A DNA stretch of 62,941 nt, counting the filler, from Globobulimina sp. (lineage: Eukaryota), in NCBI GenBank assembly GCA_003354225.1. It is 21 parts of 21 records of this genome, joined end to end, with 100 filler letters (N's around TTAATTAATTAA, not from the genome) between each part and the next. Parts side by side here need not be neighbours in the genome. Positions count along the whole stretch, not along the records: positions 54,040 to 56,940 come from PIVH01004436.1; positions 57,041 to 59,941 come from PIVH01004437.1; positions 60,042 to 62,941 come from PIVH01004438.1; 18 more parts are not named here. One strand, written 5' to 3'. The notes under the pieces are model-generated. The model was not told the origin of the DNA and did no database searches. It saw nothing but the letters and a program-made list of their open reading frames with translations. The position numbers were made by a program, and so were the translations under genes. Below, in pieces: positions 56,167 through 62,941 of this stretch; position 1 is the stretch's first letter, and each line of letters opens with the position of its first letter.

Positions 56167-56940
56167 TTACTGTACGTCATGAATAGAAAATACAATAAGA
56201 TAAGATGGAATACTATGATAATCCCTATTTATAACGAATATATTTGGATTATCTAAATCATCCACAAACGATTCATATTGGGTAACTTTATCTGGTTTAT
56301 AAAATTCATGTTCTTCCATCGTATGTGTACCAATGGTAGAATCCCCTATATATGTTCTACAACATAGCATAAAATACAAATCATCCATACATTCATGCTC
56401 TTCATCTGATTTTTGCTGACTGTAAGCTGCTGCGATGTGAGCAATATTTGAGAAATAACTTCCTTTTCCATAAACATGTCTTTTATTATAATCTCTATTG
56501 AATCCATTGCTAATAATTTCTTTTATTACTTTCAAAGATGATCCATGAAACAACATTGCTTCTTTTTTATTAATTTTTAAACTTAATAATCCATTAAAAA
56601 TCATTTCATTTTCTTTATACTTTTGTTTGATTTTATAAATATTATCCATTCGAACATAAACATCATTAATATGTGATGTATTACTAAATATATTTTTAAC
56701 TTTTTCACATTCTGCACATTCATCTTCATCATTACTACCAATTTCCGATATAATACCATCAATTAGTAATTCATGCAAATGATTTCCAGCAGCAATCATC
56801 ACATAAAAAATAGCATAATCACCAATACGCAATCGTTTTATTGTTATATCATCAGCCAATTCATATCCATCATATATCAATGTTTGTGTTCTGTGGTATC
56901 TTCTCATTTCTTTTTCAATGAATAACTTTATTTGTTGCAC
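56167..56940 (-). CDS. Ubiquitin-like domain plus PARP catalytic domain (mono-ART type), 5' partial
   Basis: QTLIYDGYELADD (UBL); LFHGS, YGKGSYFS, YS and NPNIFVI...PSYLI (PARP). Confidence 0.85.
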   Translation of the reverse strand: MQQIKLFIEKEMRRYHRTQTLIYDGYELADDITIKRLRIGDYAIFYVMIAAGNHLHELLIDGIISEIGSNDEDECAECEKVKNIFSNTSHINDVYVRMDNIYKIKQKYKENEMIFNGLLSLKINKKEAMLFHGSSLKVIKEIISNGFNRDYNKRHVYGKGSYFSNIAHIAAAYSQQKSDEEHECMDDLYFMLCCRTYIGDSTIGTHTMEEHEFYKPDKVTQYESFVDDLDNPNIFVINRDYHSIPSYLIVFSIHDVQ

Positions 56941-58067
56941 NNNNNNNNNNNNNNNNNNNNNNNNNNNNNNNNNNNNNNNNNNNNTTAATTAATTAANNNN
57001 NNNNNNNNNNNNNNNNNNNNNNNNNNNNNNNNNNNNNNNNAGTGTAATTAATGAAGAATTGGATAGCTATGCAATGTATGGCAAAAGATACGAAATTATA
57101 AGTATTTTGTTTCATATTTTTGTAGAATATTATTGTGTGGAGAATCATCATAAAATATGTTCTAAACTACAAAGGTTGAACCATAAAATACCGCTAATTT
57201 ATAACAAAAAGACAAATCAAAATGAGACTCAATTCATTCAACGATGGACGCAACGATATAAAATGATAAAAATATTAAGGAAAAAGCAATATAAATACAA
57301 TATAAGTATAAGCTCGGAATTTTGGAATTTACTCAGTATATTTGACAATGATGCCATTTTTATTAATTCATCACAGCATTAATTTTTATTTGCTTATTTT
57401 TTTTATTCTTTCTTTCACTTTTGTTCAATAATTATTTATTTAAATATTTTTATATAATATCTCATTCAAAAAAACTCTGCTCCATTTTCTACTAAAAACC
57501 TTTCACTTCTCAGCCAAAGTGGCTGGTTCAATGTGTTGTACATATTTGATCGTTGATTTTTTGTGATGCCAAACAGATTATAAATTACACTCATAGCCTG
57601 TTGCAATACCAAACGTGTATAATTTTAACACAGAATTAAAAAAAAAGGAAACCAAAGAGTATCTTAGTTGAGCCTTTCAATTATTATTTTGAACAGGACA
57701 GGGCCCGACAGGCGCTACAATGCATCCGCAAATCCCAAAATCCCAATAATAGCAGGTCCGTTTATAAAGGATCGACATGTTTGTGGTCAACACGACAAAT
57801 CGAAAGGTCATGGCTCTTTGTTTCCTTTCTGTACAAGTACGATGCAGCCAAAAGTATTTGAACCTCATCAATAATACAATTTTTCTATCATGGGCACAAA
57901 CTACAAACTCTAACATTATTTTAAATTCCACTCCGACCAATACAACTCAGTACATGTTAATATATAATCTACAATAACATTTGAATTGATGCCTTTGGTC
58001 ATGTCTTAAAAACAATTCAAAAAATCTCTTCACTTAATATCAATCTACTACTACTACTCTCGCAACA

Positions 58068-59541
58068 ATGGATACCTCAGCAAACAAAGAAAATGACACA
58101 AAAATCGTCAACAAAGTAATAAACGGAGATACAAAAGACGAAGAAATGAAATCCACTTCTTCAAAAACTGAGAATGAAGAAGAATTACTAGCGCAAGCCA
58201 GAGGATTAATGGATGAAAAAAAATATGATTTAGCATCAAATTTGTTGTCTTCTGCCTTACAAATAATTCAATCACAAAATACAGAAAAAGCAATATCAAT
58301 CGAATCGGTAAAATATTATATGGCTTATGGCGAGTCATTACTTCGTTTTGTTCAATCCAGCAATGACTTATTTGCTGCGCCTGTCAGAGAAACCCAACAA
58401 CAACGTATGCTAAAAAACTCCGCTCCGCACTCGGTTTTATCTTTATTTTTTCCTATACATGTACATGCAAACAGTTATTGCAGAACAAGAAGAAGAAACA
58501 GTTGAAGAGCCAACATTGATCACAGACGCAACCGAACCCGAACCCGAAGCAAATCCCAAACCAGCGGACGAAAACAAGGAGGAGAATAATATCAACGTCG
58601 ATGTGGATACGAGCGAAGACCGAGAGATTGTATGGGAAACCTTAGAATATGCACGAACAATACTTGAGGATTATTTAAACAGCGGCAATGAGAATGGCAA
58701 TGCGAATGATAAATACCTTAAAATGTTGGCAATGGCTCATTCATTGTTAGGTGAGCTATTAATTGAAGATGAAAATAACGAGGACGCATTAAAAGAGTTT
58801 GAGAAAGCCTTTGTGATCCAAAATAAATGCAGTGAGGACATCATTGAATGTCGGCAAATTGCATTTGATCGGTTCATGGCGTGTTTAGCTGCGCAGTTTT
58901 GCGGCGATGACCAATGTGCATTGAAACATTGTGATATTGCATTGAAGCAAATATCTAAACGTATTGTGATATTATTAAATAGATTTGAATGTGTGCATGA
59001 TCTGGACGAGTGTAAGGAGAATGAATATGATCATTTAGTACAAGTTGCACAGTTATTTAGTGACACAATGAGTGACACACAAAAAGAAGATATAAATGGT
59101 AAGGAATTGGCGGATTTGGTTGGTTCAATGCAAGACTTAGTTTGTAAATTGGATGAAGTTAAACAAAATATGAAATATAAAAAAGAAAATAAAGGAAATG
59201 AGAATGAGAATAATAAGAATCAGACTGTGGAGAGTAGTGATCCGTTAACTGCATTGATTAATTCATTAACATCAAAATTTGGAATTGATGAACAACAATT
59301 GGCTGAGTTAGAGGCTATGGATAATGATAATAATAAAAATAAAAATAAAAAAGAGGAGGCTAAAGGTCTCACTAGTATTGGTTTTGGTGGTTTTGGTGGT
59401 AACAAGAATGATGATGGTGAGGATGCAGAGGTGTTTGAATTGGGAAGTTTTGGTAAAAGTAAAAATAGAAGAAAAAGAAGTTTGGATGAAGCTGGCTTTG
59501 ACGTTGATGATAGAACGGATGGCAAAAAAATAAAATGTTAA
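58068..59541 (+). CDS. NASP: NASP/Sim3/Hif1 histone H3-H4 chaperone (SHNi-TPR), two exons
   Basis: Phase-1 intron at 58405-58474. YYMAYGESLL, acidic insert, DREIVWETLEYARTI, AHSLLGELLIEDEN..A...F, and a C-terminal NLS. Confidence 0.85.
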
Positions 59542-60041
59542 GTTTATACTGTTGTGTTTTGACACTCTTTTGTTTTATAATTTGTTTTTAGTGAATTCTG
59601 GAGATGCAATGGAGGTAACGAATAATGAAGAAAAATGAGATAATTTATTATTTTTAGATGTGTTGATGGAGATTTGTTTTGACCAATTGATTTTGTGTGG
59701 GATATTGACGTCTTATGTTATTTTTTTTGTGAATTCTTTAATTTACAGTATTTGTGGGGTAATGTTTAATGCAATTTGATTTTACTGCACTGTACGCCAT
59801 CAAACAACGTACTGAGACCGCGCGTTTGTATTTGTTAGTGTAGTGCTGTTGGTTTTTTTTACATCAAAAACGCAAAGCAAAAATTAAACAAAGAAACAAA
59901 AGACAAAAATAAGTCAACAAAACATTTAAACGCACGTTAAANNNNNNNNNNNNNNNNNNNNNNNNNNNNNNNNNNNNNNNNNNNNTTAATTAATTAANNN
60001 NNNNNNNNNNNNNNNNNNNNNNNNNNNNNNNNNNNNNNNNN

Positions 60042-60813
60042 ATTTGCTGCATATTATAAAACAGTGAATGAATATGCAAAGCATGAAATGTTTCCTTTGT
60101 GTTTGGAACAAAGCCAACATACTAATTCGAATACGATTGATTGGCCATTGTATTATCAGTATTATTATTTTTGTAAAAGTAATTTGAATTTAATATTATA
60201 TATATTTCAATACGCATGCCTCACCACAATGGAATTAACTTTTTTACCATGGTTTGCTGCGTATTGTAATGCTAAATATGGCGATAAATCTAATAATATG
60301 ATAACAATGTCCGTATGTTCAGTTGGCATTATTCTGTTGGTAATATGGAGTGCAATTACACCAATTTTATATCAAAAGTATAATAAGTTAAATCAACATA
60401 AAATAAAAATATTATTTCTTTTTTATTTTCTTGGTATTATTGTTTGGTTTTTTATACCATTTGTAAATAACATATATTATTGGTTTATAGCAATGGTTCC
60501 ATTGCAATCATTTTATACCATCGGGTTTGTTACATTGGACTTATTGATTCTTGATATTCAGCCTCCACAGCATGCTGCGAAAATAAATGGATTCAAATTA
60601 GCATTTAAATATCTATTTGGAGCTATTGGTATGGTCTTTATTGGATATATTTGGAATGAATATGATAATTCAAAGGCATTTAAGTATCAAATGTGGATAT
60701 ATGTCTATCAGTCGGTCCCTGTTATCAATACAATATTGCTGCTGTTTATCACATTGATAAATAAATCTAAACTTCATATTCCGGTGTCAGAGACTGAGAT
60801 AGTCACTGAGTAA
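60042..60813 (+). CDS. MFS transporter C-terminal half, 5' partial
   Basis: Six TM helices and the ILDIQPPQHAAKING motif. Confidence 0.7.
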
Positions 60814-61046
60814 TGTAATTTACCATCATTGCCCCATCAATCATGAAGTATCCACCAATTTGAATAAAAATTACAATGAAAAAATTATTTGTTTTTACAA
60901 TTGGATTTGTTGAGCAGAAATACGATTTTACTTTACAATGGAAACAAATCTCACAAAACAATTGCATGTATTATTGTCATTATAATGTACGTAAAGTGGC
61001 ATTATGGTTACGTCAATTAAGCAGTTAACAATTAAGCAATTATATA

Positions 61047-62639
61047 ATGTCCGAATTAGATGTAATTCCACCAATATTTAAATGGGCTGAATCATTATCA
61101 TCAAATTTAGAAAAACTACAAGCTGACATTCAAAACAATGCAGAAAGATTGCAAGAATTTCATGTACAGCAAGATGCAAATACAAATCAAGCAGATATCG
61201 ATACATTAGTAATATCACCCAAATCAACAACAAATTTATCGCCAAAAACAGCAATTTTATCACCATTAAATATAAGCCCACAACATACGACAATAACATT
61301 TGAATCAAATCAAAACCAAAATGAAAACGCAAATAACAATGATAATAAAAATATTAATGAGGAGAAAATGTTTAAAGACCTACCGCAAAATATACATAAT
61401 ACAGCATGTAAAGTTACAAGCGATGGGACGGAAATTATTACCAATGTCGCCAAAAAAATCTGGGGTAAAAATATTCCACAAACCTTCTTAACCGCATTAG
61501 ATATAGAAGTTGAAATAAGTGATGAAGATGGAAAAGATGAAGAAAGTGAGGACTTTTCCTCTGTGTATACAACGTATAGATTACAAATGCATTCACGGCA
61601 AAAATCCAGAACAAAAGAACCGAAACGAAGGTCGATTATATTGCCAGCTTTAGAAGTGACGAAAGAAAAAATACCAAACAATTTGACAGAAAATAATTTA
61701 GGTTTTCCAAACAAAACAAATCCAGATATTTTAATACCGAAAATTATACAAACAACACAATTCGAAAACAATTTGCAAAAGAATATATTTACAAATTGTG
61801 TCATGTCGCATTACAGTGTCGATATAATAGCCGATGCATTTTGGTGGTTTTTAATAAATGAATGGAAGATTAATGAAAATGATAAATACAAAGATACGCA
61901 AAGTATTGTTTTTAAACGAATGTGTAATAATTATGTAAAATTATTTGGGCTGTTTTCCAAAGAAAAGGATAATTTGAAAGATGTAATATTTGATAATTAT
62001 TATGATATATTAAGTCAATCTATTTTTACGTGTTTTATTCAACAATATCCGAAATCAAAACATCTATTTACAGATAATATTAAATTGAAAATATTAAATA
62101 TTACATCAAAATGGACAATGGGATGTATACAATCTTCGTTATCACACAAACATTGGTTAGTGGATAATAATAATCGTCGCAATAATAGGCACGAATGTGT
62201 TGTGAGTAATAATATCCCGACGGCAAATACTAATTTTAGTGTCATCAAAAAAGATGTTACCTTTAAACACAGCGAATTTATACAATATTATTTGAAGCAT
62301 GAATCAAAGATCGAAGTAGGCGACAAAACCACAATCAAAATGAATATGACATTTTGCATACCGAACAATAAATTGTTACCATTTGACAAACTAAAAAACG
62401 AGTCGGCAAAATGTGGCCAACAAACAGAAAATATACGAAAGAAATTTCTTAATTCACAAAAAGAATTAAGTAAAATGATAAAAAAGGATAAAAATGCATT
62501 AAAAGAAAATGAAACTCAGTTACAGCAACAATTGACAATTGCAAAAAAAAATAAAAAGCAATTTATTAAAAATGTTTTAAAACAACTTCTTCCAAATCAT
62601 ATCAATGGTGATGACAGCGAACAAGTTTGTATCATCTAG
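61047..62639 (+). CDS. FAM227-like (FWWh domain) protein
   Basis: IIADAFWWF...VFKRMCNNYVKLF...KDVIFDNYYDILSQSIFTCF...YP.S. Confidence 0.75.
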   Translation: MSELDVIPPIFKWAESLSSNLEKLQADIQNNAERLQEFHVQQDANTNQADIDTLVISPKSTTNLSPKTAILSPLNISPQHTTITFESNQNQNENANNNDNKNINEEKMFKDLPQNIHNTACKVTSDGTEIITNVAKKIWGKNIPQTFLTALDIEVEISDEDGKDEESEDFSSVYTTYRLQMHSRQKSRTKEPKRRSIILPALEVTKEKIPNNLTENNLGFPNKTNPDILIPKIIQTTQFENNLQKNIFTNCVMSHYSVDIIADAFWWFLINEWKINENDKYKDTQSIVFKRMCNNYVKLFGLFSKEKDNLKDVIFDNYYDILSQSIFTCFIQQYPKSKHLFTDNIKLKILNITSKWTMGCIQSSLSHKHWLVDNNNRRNNRHECVVSNNIPTANTNFSVIKKDVTFKHSEFIQYYLKHESKIEVGDKTTIKMNMTFCIPNNKLLPFDKLKNESAKCGQQTENIRKKFLNSQKELSKMIKKDKNALKENETQLQQQLTIAKKNKKQFIKNVLKQLLPNHINGDDSEQVCII

Positions 62640-62941
62640 ATATACTACCTTACAATCATACAATTATGTAAATCATACATGATTTGAATCCGATTTAAAA
62701 TATTTCAATTTAAAAACTATTTATTGTTCGATTTGTATATATTTATTGTTCGATTTAAAAACGTTTCTGGATTTGCAAAGCGTTTCTAGTATAATTGAAA
62801 AAAAAGTATACAATATATCGTTAAGTCATGATCAGGTGTCTCATTATTCACTGCTTTGCTGATCTGACTTGTATTCAGTAATAAAATCTGGTGCATACAA
62901 TAAAACTATATTTGCAATATCATCACACAACACATCAGCTA

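Noticed and set aside
57845-57945. A-box/B-box-like pair on the minus strand (TGGTCGGAGTGG...GGTTCAAATAC)
   Set aside because: No acceptor or anticodon stem can be formed.
1-62941. Window-wide alternative genetic code
   Set aside because: Well-identified genes end at TAA, TAG or TGA and have long stop-free frames. Most ORF breaks are explained by phase-compatible GT-AG introns.

Overview
This window is not one continuous locus. It is 21 unrelated contigs of about 2.9 kb, sorted by length and joined by 20 artificial N44-TTAATTAATTAA-N44 linkers, so gene neighbourhood across linkers means nothing. Most contigs are AT-rich, gene-dense eukaryotic DNA with short GT-AG introns (about 60-150 nt). 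The gene families (LVFGYIR-type SPRY proteins, 7TM-RGS, R-S-E ART-like proteins, PTxxPT-rich surface proteins) suggest a foraminiferan/rhizarian host; this is inference. Recognisable host genes include TIM22, NASP/Sim3, TraB/TRABD, TBC1D19-like, FAM227, an NCKX exchanger, a PPR protein, UBL-PARP, a CE4 deacetylase and GT2/GT32 glycosyltransferases. Some contigs are not host DNA: a Mimiviridae-like giant virus fragment (21026-23927) with back-to-back AAAATTGA promoters, a GC-rich contractile-tail phage module (33033-35933), and a prokaryote-type sdhA/frdA start at one contig end. The best candidate for an undescribed system is contig 36034-38934. It is a symmetric unit bounded by inverted arrays of a 36-bp tandem repeat. 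It carries two divergent orphan genes (one with a HeH/Rho-N-like domain and a possible -1 frameshift) and a central region with three 16-bp iteron-like repeats and mirrored motifs, and it has no recognisable transposase or polymerase. A second oddity is contig 18024-20925: two related, inward-facing degenerate tRNA-like elements and a 392-codon membrane-protein frame interrupted only by in-frame stops. All family assignments come from motif recognition by eye; no database search was run.
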